DNA of 58,567 bases from Octopus bimaculoides. Its lineage: Eukaryota. The first letter of the stretch is position 1. Each line of letters starts with the position of its first letter. Positions 11,321-22,510 of the stretch are shown here, in pieces. The notes beneath the pieces are model-generated. The model searched no databases. It was not told where the DNA came from and worked only from the letters and a program-made list of their open reading frames with translations. The stretch is from the NCBI RefSeq assembly GCF_001194135.2, contig NC_068991.1:18755775-18814341 (forward strand). Reading direction: 5' to 3'. The translations under genes were made by a program, and so were the position numbers.

Positions 11321-12323
11321 CCAAACTTAATGAATGGAGTAGACAAAGTCCAGGCTACATATGTACCATAGCAAGCAGAATGTCGGAGATAGTAATTATC
11401 CAAATGAGGGGTAGACTGCAAGCTACTCTTCATGCCAAGGATACCTTGATTGCATGAAGTTTACAATGTCATTAGGAGATCCTGTGTTAGTTAACTCGTA
11501 GGGGATTTGATCAAAATGTGTAGAAAGCACAGTCCAAGAGGAAAACATATTTGTGATATATATATATATATATATACGCATACACATATACATATATATA
11601 TTTACACAGAGAAGAGAAAGTGAGAAAGAAGAAATAAGAACTGAGGCAAAAAAAAATGGTAAACAATCATGAAACACACACACACTGAAAAAAGGAGTTA
11701 TAATAATCCATTGATTTCTAAATGTTCAATAGTGTTACTATGATATTAGTTCTTGTGTGTGTGTTTTGCTGTTTCTCTNNNNNNNNNNGCCTGCTCAATG
11801 TCACCAACACCACCTCCCACTGCCACCTTTTTTGTTTCCTTTTTTCCTTCTGGTTGTATGGTCACAACACACAGCCCTGTCTAGGCATCCATCACTGTCA
11901 ATCTCTCTCTCCCTTTCTCTCTTCACTTCATCTGTTTCACTCACTCCTCGGCTTCCAGAAGCTGGCTCTCAGATCAGCTGTGCCAGACAAGGCAGAACAA
12001 CATTCCAAAACCCATTTTAAGCATTGGCCTTGTGATTTCCTCTTCCCATCCCATCATCCCTTGCTTTCTCCTCTCCCTGCTCTCTTTTCTCTTTTCCTGT
12101 TCACCACTTTCTCTTTGAATCCATCTATCTCTTATTCTTCCTACCTGTCTATATAACCCTGTGTCTCTTTCTTTCTCTAACTTTCTCTTTGTCTCTCATG
12201 TTTGTCTATCTATCTTTTCCTCTCTACCTGTCCATCTCTTTCATTTTGTGTGTGCCTATCTCTTGCTCTCCCTACCTGTCTGTATGACACACTCACTCTC
12301 TCTCTCTCTCTCTCTTTCTTTTT

Positions 12324-12358
<35 letters not shown>

Positions 12359-12415
12359 ACACACTCTCATTTTCATGTTTCTACTTTCAACTCTGCCTTG
12401 GTCTCATTCTCTCTC

Positions 12416-12448
<33 letters not shown>

Positions 12449-13666
12449 TCCTGTCTCAATCCACCTCTATCTCTCATTTCTAATATGATCAAAGGTGTGG
12501 AGGTGGGGGGTAACAAAATGGTAAAAATTTGTATTTAGCTGTTCCTTCCAACACAGAGTTCAAATCCCACCCTTACTCTCACTGGGGGGGGGGNNNNNNN
12601 NNNNNNNNNNNNNNNNNNNNNNNNNNNNNNNNNNNNNNNNNNNNNNNNNNNNNNNNNNNNNNNNNNNNNNNNNNNNNNNNNNNNNNNNNNNNNNNNNNNN
12701 NNNNNNNNNNNNNNNNNNNNNNNNNNNNNNNNNNNNNNNNNNNNNNNNNNNNNNNNNNNNNNNNNNNNNNNNNNNNNNNNNNNNNNNNNNNNNNNNNNNN
12801 NNNNNNNNNNNNNNNNNNNNNNNNNNNNNNNNNNNNNNNNNNNNNNNNNNNNNNNNNNNNNNNNNNNNNNNNNNNNNNNNNNNNNNNNNNNNNNNNNNNN
12901 NNNNNNNNNNNNNNNNNNNNNNNNNNNNNNNNNNNNNNNNNNNNNNNNNNNNNNNNNNNNNNNNNNNNNNNNNNNNNNNNNNNNNNNNNNNNNNNNNNNN
13001 NNNNNNNNNNNNNNNNNNNNNNNNNNNNNNNNNNNNNNNNNNNNNNNNNNNNNNNNNNNNNNNNNNNNNNNNNNNNNNNNNNNNNNNNNNNNNNNNNNNN
13101 NNNNNNNNNNNNNNNNNNNNNNNNNNNNNNNNNNNNNNNNNNNNNNNNNNNNNNNNNNNNNNNNNNNNNNNNNNNNNNNNNNNNNNNNNNNNNNNNNNNN
13201 NNNNNNNNNNNNNNNNNNNNNNNNNNNNNNNNNNNNNNNNNNNNNNNNNNNNNNNNNNNNNNNNNNNNNNNNNNNNNNNNNNNNNNNNNNNNNNNNNNNN
13301 NNNNNNNNNNNNNNNNNNNNNNNNNNNNNNNNNNNNNNNNNNNNNNNNNNNNNNNNNNNNNNNNNNNNNNNNNNNNNNNNNNNNNNNNNNNNNNNNNNNN
13401 NNNNNNNNNNNNNNNNNNNNNNNNNNNNNNNNNNNNNNNNNNNNNNNNNNNNNNNNNNNNNNNNNNNNNNNNNNNNNNNNNNNNNNNNNNNNNNNNNNNT
13501 AGCTTGGATGAGGGGAAGAAGAAGAAAAAAATAAAATAAAATAAAATAAAATAAAACGAAAAATAAAAATATAAAACAATGAACTAAAAGAAAACAATTA
13601 AATAAAAGAAATTATTAAAAATGATATGATACACAAATATATCTTTACTCATTCATACATAAATAT

Positions 13667-13708
<42 letters not shown>

Positions 13709-13712
13709 AGGC

Positions 13713-14235
13713 AAAGTCATGGCTATGTGGTTAAGAAGTTTGCTTTTCAACCACATCACTTCAGGTTCAGTACCACTGCATGGTGCCTTGAGCATGTGTC
13801 TTTTACTACAGACTGAATTGCTCAATGCCCTTCTGAGGAAATTCAGTTGATGGAAAATGAATGAAGTCTTGAGTACATATATACATATACTTTGTGTGTG
13901 TGATGGCGCATGGCTCAGTGGTTAGAGCATCGAGCTCACAATCGTGAGGTAGCGAGTACGATTCCCAGATCAGGCTGTATGTTGTGTTCTTGAGCAAGAC
14001 ATTGCACTTCACTTTGCTCCAGTTCACTCAGCGGTAGAAATGAGTTGTAACATCACTGGTGTCAAGCTGTACTGGCCTTTGCCTTTACCTTGGATAATAT
14101 CGGTGGTGTGGAGAGTAGAGGCTGGTATACTTGGGCGAATGCTGGTCTTCCATAAACAACCTTGCCCGGACCTGTGCCTTGGAGGGGAACTTTCTCGGTG
14201 CAATCCCATGGTCATTCATGACCGAAGGGGATCTT
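13713..14235 (+). mobile_element. Family B SINE fragment followed by family D SINE (13905-14235)
   Basis: Decayed B head, then ggcgcatggctcagtggttagagc...gaccgaagggg. Confidence 0.8.
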
Positions 14236-14518
14236 CATGTGTGTGTTAATATTTACAACCCTCTGCAGAACTATGGCCACAAATGGGGACATTGCTATTT
14301 TGTGGCTGGACTCCAACCAGTTGTTTGTTGGTATTCCCCATGTCCATTTCTGCTAACTTTGCCTTTTCAAATTAAGAAAAAAGTACCTTTACTTGAAAAA
14401 TAGGGAAAGATGTTGGTGACAAAAAGAGCATCTAGCTGTAAAAAAATCCTATCTCAATTACCTCCTAAACCATGCTAGAGTAGAAAAACAAACTTAAAAT
14501 GAAACAGACACAACTATA

Positions 14519-14735
14519 TAAGATGGTGCTGAAAGGTTCCTGGCTTTAAGGGCATTGCGAAAGGCCTGGTTAGAGGCCCAACCTTCTGAGTTCTTTTATA
14601 GGGCTTAGAAAACCTGAAGGGTCGCTGCAATAAGTGTGTGAATCCACGAGGGAAATACGTTGAATAAAATCATAATTAGCTGATCCTGCTGTATTTTCCT
14701 TTACCCAAAGCCAGGAAGTTTTCAGTACCCCCTCA
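14519..14735 (+). mobile_element. Mariner-derived MITE (217 bp)
   Basis: 29-bp terminal inverted repeats (23/29 match) flanked by TA. The interior keeps the transposase C-terminus GLENLKGRCNKCVNPRGKYVE* (14602-14667). Confidence 0.85.
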
Positions 14736-14932
14736 TATAAACACACATACATATTGTGACCAAGAAGGAAGGTCTTTGTTTTAGACTACAAGAACCAGAA
14801 GTGCACAGGTAAAAAACAATTTATTGCACCAAAAAAAAAAAAAAAGAAATCAAGAAATGACTTCAAGTGCCTTGAATCAACAAGTACTGTTATATTTTCT
14901 CTTATAAATGTTTTGAGTACTTATAAAAAAAA

Positions 14933-15165
14933 AAGGAAATTTATGGACACAATCCACCCATCTCTACTATTGTTGCTCACTGCAGGATAAGGTTTGCTGG
15001 CAACTGTTATTGTGCTGAACACCAGGCCGTACTAGATATTATAATTTGGAGACCGCTGCAGCCTAATAAAGGGCAAAACCCACTCACCTACATTGGTGTT
15101 ATTGGGAGACACAAACAACAAGAAATTGGGGTCTTACCAAAGTTAATAGAGGACAAGACTCCAAG
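14933..15165 (+). mobile_element. RTE-superfamily LINE ORF C-terminal relic
   Basis: Open frame EIYGHNPPISTIVAHCRIRFAGNCYCAEHQAVLDIIIWRP...PLTYI...LPKLIED resembles the LYG..PIS..IR.RRLRFAGHC.R pattern. Confidence 0.65.
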
Positions 15166-15399
15166 TGCAGCAGAAAGGGAAATGCATCTCTGTTGCAGCC
15201 ACAAACAGAACACACACACATATACATAAACTGATGCATGTAAACACATGAACATATATTCATACTCTAATATATACATATATATGTACATATATGATTG
15301 TATATATGCATATATATATATTATTTAGATTATTATATGATTGAATGCCATGCATCCTTTTCCAAGTAAGTTTTATCTTAATTCTGATGCGACTCTCTA

Positions 15400-15735
15400 T
15401 TCTTCCTATTACTCTTTTGTTTTTTTCTCTCTCTTCCTTTCTCTTTTACCTCCTCTTCTCCCACTATTCTATCCTTTTACTCTTTCATTTTCTCCCTTCC
15501 TTTCTCTTATTCTTTTACCTCCTCTCCTCTCATTAGTCTATTCTTTTACTCTTTCATTTTCTCCCTTCCTTTCTCTTATTCTTTTACTCCTCTTCCCCCA
15601 CTATTCTATCCTTTTACTCTGTCGTTTTCTCCCTTCCTTTCTCTTATTCTTTTACCTCCTCTTCTCCCACTATTCTATCCTTTTACTTTCATTTTTTCTC
15701 CTTCCTTTCTCTTATTCTTTTACCTCCCCTTCTCC
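15400..15735. repeat. Pyrimidine-rich minisatellite, about 68-bp unit x about 5
   Basis: Unit ctattctatccttttactctttcattttctcccttcctttctcttattcttttacctcctcttctccca. Confidence 0.85.
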
Positions 15736-16570
15736 CTCTCTATTTTTCTCTCTTATCCTATCTCCAAATCTTTTCCTCTCCCCTTCACAGTTCTCTGTCT
15801 GTCACTCTCTCTCTCTCACTCTTCCTTTGCTCACGTGGCTCCCATGTGACCATTGACCATTTTTCTTACCTCTCCTAACTTGTGTTTCATTCTTTCTTCC
15901 TGCTGCAGCTGGACAAGAAGGACATATTCTTGTCTGTCTCCTGTCTAAGCTTGTTTCTTAACATTCACCACCACAACTTCGTTGAGGCTTAGCAACCCTT
16001 CCTGTTTGTTTTCACTGTCTTGTATTTGTCACCAATTTCGACCCTCCGCAAAATCCCAAATTTTATTTGATTTGCTTTGCAGGAGCAACTGTTTTATTGA
16101 AGGTGTATCTTGTTGTGAATTGCTTGCAATACGGATTAGAAAAACAACCAACAACTGATGAAGGGTCGTTCTTTGTGTTGTTCATCTTGGTTTCCATTTG
16201 TTTCTTTCATTGTTCGCAAAATAAGCTCATATTCCATGTCCTTGTACTTCACATTTTTTGTTGTTTATGTTTTGTGATGTCCTGTGCCCACATATGCATA
16301 TGAATACATGTAACTATGTACATATACGTATGTATATATGCATATATATATTATTTATATTATATTATATGATTGAACGCCATGCATCCTTTTCCAAGTA
16401 AGTTTTATCTATCTATCTATATATTTATATATATATATATATNNNNNNNNNNNNNNNNNNNNNNNNNNNNNNNNNNNNNNNNNNNNNNNNNNNNNNNNNN
16501 NNNNNNNNNNNNNNNNNNNNNNNNNTTTCTTATATTTCTGCTGCTTTTAAATAAAGTATATATATATAAC

Positions 16571-16616
16571 AAAACTGTCTGATGAACAGGAATGTGAAAC
16601 TCTGAGTAACAGTTTT
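16571..16616 (+). ncRNA. Minimal type I hammerhead ribozyme with intact core
   Basis: AAAACTGT-CTGATGA-ACA-GGAA-TGT-GAAA-CTCTGAG-TA-ACAGTTTT. Stem I is a perfect 8 bp, the core is canonical CUGAUGA/GAAA/UH, stem II is 3 bp with a GNRA loop, and stem III is self-complementary (ACTCTGAGT). Predicted cut is after GUA at 16608. Confidence 0.85.
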
Positions 16617-16984
16617 TTCTTATATTTCTGCTGCTTTTAAATAAAGTATATATATATAATATATACATACACATACACACTGTGTGGTAAGAAATTTACT
16701 TCCCAACCACATTTTGGGTTCAGTCTCACTCAATGGCACTTTTGGCAAGTGTCTTCTACCATAGCCCTGGGCTGTCCAAAACCTTTAAGGTGATCTAAAT
16801 TAAAATCTCCCATCCCAATATCATACTAAACTCTGTTCCAAACACCGGCTTAATAAGGACAAAGGTATTTTACTAAATTCTTCATGAATTAATTGAAACA
16901 AAGGTAATGTATTCCAAGAAAAGTATGGTAACCAAAAGTATAATCACTCAGGCATGCACCACACTACTATAATGGCTTCTGTTT

Positions 16985-17225
16985 TATGGAACTGGCTGGT
17001 CTGTCTCCACCATTCAATCACTTCTGACTCACTCAGATCCAACTTTCACTCCAACACTTCCTTCCAAGGACATTGCCCTCCCAAGAATCTTTTCCTTGTT
17101 TGTTTCATTCCACCAAGTGTTGACCTACAACATCAAGCTTACAAGTCTAAGAGCCTGCAAAGATTAGAAGCATGGCTCCTTTCTCCATGCTCACCAGGGA
17201 GACTTAACAAATAAATATATAAATA
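16985..17225 (+). mobile_element. Possible CR1/Jockey-like LINE 3' relic
   Basis: Weak peptide resemblance (HFLPRTLPS) and an A-rich aataaat tail. Confidence 0.25.
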
Positions 17226-17236
17226 AATAAACAAAA

Positions 17237-17537
17237 TCATCATCATCATCATCATTGTTTAACGTCCGCTTTCCATGCTAGCAAGGGTTGGACGATTTGA
17301 CTGAGGACTGGTGGAACCCGAAGGCTACACCAGGCCCCAATCTGATTTGGCAGAGTTTCTACAGCTGGATGCCCTTCCTAACGCCAACCACTCAGAGAGT
17401 GTAGCGGGTGCTCTTACATGTCACCCGCACGAAAGCCAGTCAGGTGGTACTGGCAACGGCCATGGTCAAAATGGTGTATTTTATGTGCCACCCGCACAAG
17501 AGCCAGTCCAAGGGCACTGGCAATGATCTCGCTCGAA
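17237..17537 (-). mobile_element. RTE LINE 3' UTR copy (family A)
   Basis: Reverse complement of family A with an (ATC)n tail on the plus strand. Confidence 0.85.
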
Positions 17538-17574
17538 AAATAACCTGATATTTTATTCAGGGGAAGTGTAGTCA

Positions 17575-17780
17575 TCCTCATTTTAACGTTCACTTTTCCA
17601 TGCTTGCATGAACCAGACAGAGTTTATTGAGGCAGGGTTTCAATGACAGGATGCCCTTCTTGTTGCTAACCCTTACCTGTTCCAAAGCAACATAATATTT
17701 CCTTAAAGCCAGACGTGTTTTCACAGAACAGAATATTGGAAATGAATGACATTCATTTACAACAATCACACAAGGTCAAG
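17575..17780 (-). mobile_element. SINE 3' module with RTE-like tail
   Basis: Minus strand reads gggttagcaacaagaagggcatcc...catgcaagcatggaaaagtgaacgttaaaatga. Related copies are at 10055-10260 and 22175-22385. Confidence 0.65.
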
Positions 17781-18612
17781 AAAGAAATACTCCCAGACAG
17801 AAACACTCTCACACTCACAAGCTATAAAAAGAAGACACTTGCCCAGGGTACCATGCAGTGGGACTGAATGCAAAACTTCTTAACCCCCAAACCACTCAGC
17901 CATGCCAACAGAAAACGGCTCTTGTGAGTTTGAAGGAAAAATTTTAGGAGACATTTAGACTGGTAGTGTTAGGGGATGTGGTGCCTTAATCGTGGTTGTG
18001 GGTATGTAAGAAATAAACATTGACTGGAAAAGAAGAGAGTATATAAAATTGTACTCACAAGGAAGGTAAGCTTCTTGAGCGGAGAACTCCTGAAAGAGCA
18101 AAAATACAGAATAAATATGAATTATTCAATAGTAAAAAAAACAGCAAAAAGAAAAACACCAATTACACTGCTGAACAAAATACAACTTTTATTTTCTGGC
18201 ATAAAATCATAGAGCTGTTTTAGACTTATTTTTGGGTTCTAATTTCAAAACTGACCTCAGATTTGCTCAATCACATCACATTTTTCTGCCATTGGTATAT
18301 ACCTTTATTTACCTGGAGTATACCAAAGGTTAACTTTACACCACCATTTGCAGGAATTTTGGCTGGATTGTCATTGAATATTTAAAAAACACCCACCTAT
18401 TTTATAATATATATCTCCCCTTTTTTCCCCATGTTTGTTTGCTTTTTTTATGCCAACCATCTCACCTATCACTCCCTTTCACCTTATTAATAAACATACA
18501 TGCACATACATATATACACACTTACAAGGTGAAAGTCAACTCATAACCAAGTAAGACCACTTCTTAAATTCAGTAAGTCCATGCAAATATTCCAAGACTC
18601 CAATATATATAT

Positions 18613-18914
18613 GCCCCTGGACTGGCTCATGTGCGGGCGACACATGAAATCTTTCGAGCGAGATCGTTGCCAGTGTCCCTGGACTGGCTCTTGTGCGAGT
18701 GGCACATGAATTTCTTTTTTTTTTCCGAGCGTGGCCGTTGCCAGTACCGCCTGACTGGCCTTCGTGCGGGTGACACATAAAAGCACCCACTACACTCTCT
18801 GAATGGTTGGCGTTAGGAAGGGCATCCAGCTGTAGAAACTCTGCCAAATCAGATTGGAGCCTGGTGTAGCCATCTGGTTTCACCAGTCCTCAGTCAAATT
18901 GTCCAACCCATGCT
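18613..18914 (+). mobile_element. RTE LINE 3' UTR copy (family A)
   Basis: Three subrepeat units plus the conserved block; runs into an N gap. Confidence 0.85.
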
Positions 18915-20654
18915 NNNNNNNNNNNNNNNNNNNNNNNNNNNNNNNNNNNNNNNNNNNNNNNNNNNNNNNNNNNNNNNNNNNNNNNNNNNNNNNNNNNNNN
19001 NNNNNNNNNNNNNNNNNNNNNNNNNNNNNNNNNNNNNNNNNNNNNNNNNNNNNNNNNNNNNNNNNNNNNNNNNNNNNNNNNNNNNNNNNNNNNNNNNNNN
19101 NNNNNNNNNNNNNNNNNNNNNNNNNNNNNNNNNNNNNNNNNNNNNNNNNNNNNNNNNNNNNNNNNNNNNNNNNNNNNNNNNNNNNNNNNNNNNNNNNNNN
19201 NNNNNNNNNNNNNNNNNNNNNNNNNNNNNNNNNNNNNNNNNNNNNNNNNNNNNNNNNNNNNNNNNNNNNNNNNNNNNNNNNNNNNNNNNNNNNNNNNNNN
19301 NNNNNNNNNNNNNNNNNNNNNNNNNNNNNNNNNNNNNNNNNNNNNNNNNNNNNNNNNNNNNNNNNNNNNNNNNNNNNNNNNNNNNNNNNNNNNNNNNNNN
19401 NNNNNNNNNNNNNNNNNNNNNNNNNNNNNNNNNNNNNNNNNNNNNNNNNNNNNNNNNNNNNNNNNNNNNNNNNNNNNNNNNNNNNNNNNNNNNNNNNNNN
19501 NNNNNNNNNNNNNNNNNNNNNNNNNNNNNNNNNNNNNNNNNNNNNNNNNNNNNNNNNNNNNNNNNNNNNNNNNNNNNNNNNNNNNNNNNNNNNNNNNNNN
19601 NNNNNNNNNNNNNNNNNNNNNNNNNNNNNNNNNNNNNNNNNNNNNNNNNNNNNNNNNNNNNNNNNNNNNNNNNNNNNNNNNNNNNNNNNNTAATAATGAT
19701 AATAATAATGATGATGATAAAGTTTCAATGTGGATAGAAACAGAAAGAGTAAAAGAGCCTATAAAATGTTTCTTTCATTAAGAAGCAAAGTCACACGGTG
19801 TCTGAAGATGGCAACTCGTTAGCAACATAGGACCCCCCACCCCCACCCTTCACCGCCAGTGTCGCCACCGTCTCCGACTTCACGGCTACATTACACCACG
19901 CTTGGCTGGAAGTCAAACTGATGAGATGAAGATACATAAGCAATGACTTCCTTCCTTCTTTTCTTCCTTCCTTTTCTCTCTCTCCCGCTCTTTCTGTTTT
20001 TTTTTTTTGCTTTATTATTTTGTTTTAATTCAAATTTGTTTTATATTATATACAATAAAATTATACACACGCACACACGCGTGCGCACACGAGTGTCTGT
20101 GGCAATACTGCACACATAAATAATATAAATAGCAATATGGTATTTTAGAATATAAACAAATCATAAATACACACACAGACAGACAGACAGACACATAGCG
20201 TGTCCCCACAAAAAAGAAAAAAAATGTAAAGACAAATACAACTATTACGAAGCTTTATACCATGAAATAACAACAACAACAACAACAACAGTAAATAAAT
20301 GAAACAAACATAAAAAAAAGCATTTTTGTTTTTATTATCATAGATGAATATTCCTCTCATCTCTCCATTCTGGTTGAGAAAAGTAAATTCCAAGAAGTTG
20401 AACATTTAAGGCAAAGCCATGTGGTTGAGTGGTTTACCTCCCAACCATGTAGCCTTAGGTTCAGTTTGAATGTGTGGAAACTTCTAGGAGGTCGAGAGTA
20501 CTTTGCCTACATCTGTAAGGGAAAGTAGTTGCTTGTTCTGATTCTACATGAGAGTGGCTTAAGTGAGAATCGGTTGCTATTTCTAGCAGGTCAAGCAACT
20601 GCACAGAGACTTCTTTGGCCACATATCTGTGTGTGTGTGTGAATGTGCATTGTC

Positions 20655-21667
20655 ACTTATATTGTCAATCAGGTTATATGGGAAGGTACCACGCCCAACG
20701 ATTGGTGTAGCTGAACAATCATCGACTGTTACATGGGCAAAAGTCATGCACTTGAGACAGGCAATTTCAGAAGCATCAAATTACTGGACCAGGTTATGGA
20801 AGTTATTAGAAAGTGTCGTAACTGAACAGATTAGGAAGAGAACCTAGATGAAATGTAGTTTGTATTTGCACTAGAAAGAATGACTACTGATGCCATCTCG
20901 CTAGAGGGACAAGTAAAGGAGAAATACTTAGCTAAGACTAAGCCACCTTAGTATTTGCTGAACTGAGGAAGACTGTTTTGTCAAAGTCCCATGCTTAGTA
21001 ATTTGGTTGTCACCAAGAGAAGCTAGAAATTGCTGAATGAATTGTGTGAGCCATACACACTATGTACAGAGGAAAAGTCAGCAAGGTGAGAGTCAGCAGT
21101 GAGTTTAGAGACAAATTAATGATAATATGTAGGGATGGGTCAAATCAGTTCTCAGTCCTCAACAACTTTCTTTTCAATGCAATCCTACAGGCCATGACAG
21201 GAGTTTAAGACCAGCTGTTCAAGTTCCATGAGAGCTTCTGTTTGCTGATGACCTAGTCTTTGTAGTTGAATCTGTAGAAGATTTAGAGATGGAATTCCAA
21301 TCTTGGAGGTTAAAACTGGGAATAGAGAAGCCTCAGAGACCAAAGTACAAAAGTACATTTCGAGTGTCAGGCCTCATGAAGGCAATGATGAACGACTGAG
21401 ACCTTTGACGTTATGCTGTGCTTGAGAAGAAGACCATGTAGCCACTTGTGGCAGATACTGGTGTCACGCAAATGGCACCCATGCTGGTGGCACGTAAAAG
21501 CACCCATTATACCCTTGGAGTGGTTGGCTTTAGGAAAGACATCCAGCCATAGAAACCATGCCAAATCAGACTGGGGTCTAGTGCAGTCTTCGAGCTTGTC
21601 AGCCCTGGTCAAACTGTCCAACCCATGCCAGCATGGACAATGGACGTTAGATGATGATGACGATGAC
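20655..21667 (+). mobile_element. Decayed RTE reverse transcriptase fragment followed by a family A 3' end (21410-21667)
   Basis: Frameshifted WEGTTPNDWCS...FRSIKLLDQVM...TTDAI...EKYLAK...MYRGKVSKVRV...ELLFADDLV (FADD at 21241-21252). Confidence 0.85.
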
Positions 21668-21722
21668 AGAATTTTAAGTTCATTACTTAATTAAGATACC
21701 AAAACAAATAAATTTATAAATT

Positions 21723-21910
21723 TTATGTCAAAACTTTATTGAAAATTTTCAACATGTGCTCTGTATCCCTACAAATTTCAAATCTGTCTTTGAATACATT
21801 CTGAAGCATTTCAGAAGTTATAGTTATCTCCTGCACATCTAACTGAATGTGTTCTCTAAGTTCAGCTAAACTACTGATCCACCCGGAGGGTAGAGGTAGA
21901 GAAAATGATT
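21723..21910 (-). mobile_element. Tc1/mariner-type transposase C-terminal relic
   Basis: SLAELREHIQLDVQEIT..SEMLQNVFKDRFEICRD resembles the L.EL+..I..E...I..EML..V....R...C C-terminal pattern. Confidence 0.4.
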
Positions 21911-21922
21911 GCAGCCAAATTG

Positions 21923-21956
<34 letters not shown>

Positions 21957-22510
21957 ATTGTGGGCAGACAAGAAGGATTTGACAGGAGTGAAAATAAAAT
22001 TATTATAAAAATTATAAAATTATAAACAAAATTAAAAATTTATATACTTTCAACAAAAATTAAACATGATAAACATAAATAAAATTGAGTTTTTAAAAAA
22101 ATTCTCCGATTTCAATAAAATAGATAGTTAATTCTAGGACACTATTTATATATTATAAAATATACGCATATCATCATCAACATTTTAATGTCTACTTTTC
22201 CATGCTTGCCTGTGTCAGATAAAATTCAATGTGGTATATTTTCAATGGTTGGATGCTGTTCCTGTCACCAACCCTCACCTGTTTTCATGGAAGACTAGAA
22301 ACAAACGACATTGCTTGTATGACAATGACATTCACAACCATCATGTTATGTCAGAAAAATACACACACACACACACATGGCTTGTCCTTGGTGGTTAGCT
22401 GTCACAGAGGGGCAAAGAGTAAAGAAGGCACACAAAATATTTCATATTTGATTTTTTTGTTTTTGAACACAAAGATGTAGAAATTTTCAGTTATTATATA
22501 CACACACAAT

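Noticed and set aside
14968-15165. Acceptor-like ctcactgcAG followed by a long open frame, as a host exon
   Set aside because: The frame extends upstream through the AG and reads as an RTE-type LINE C-terminus.
16152-16175. CTGATGA as another hammerhead (also at about 2704, 19918, and CTGACGA at 40603)
   Set aside because: There is no stem II followed by GAAA, and no closable stems I and III.
17950-18110. Possible RT relic (DWKRREYIKLY)
   Set aside because: It is too short and decayed to call with confidence.
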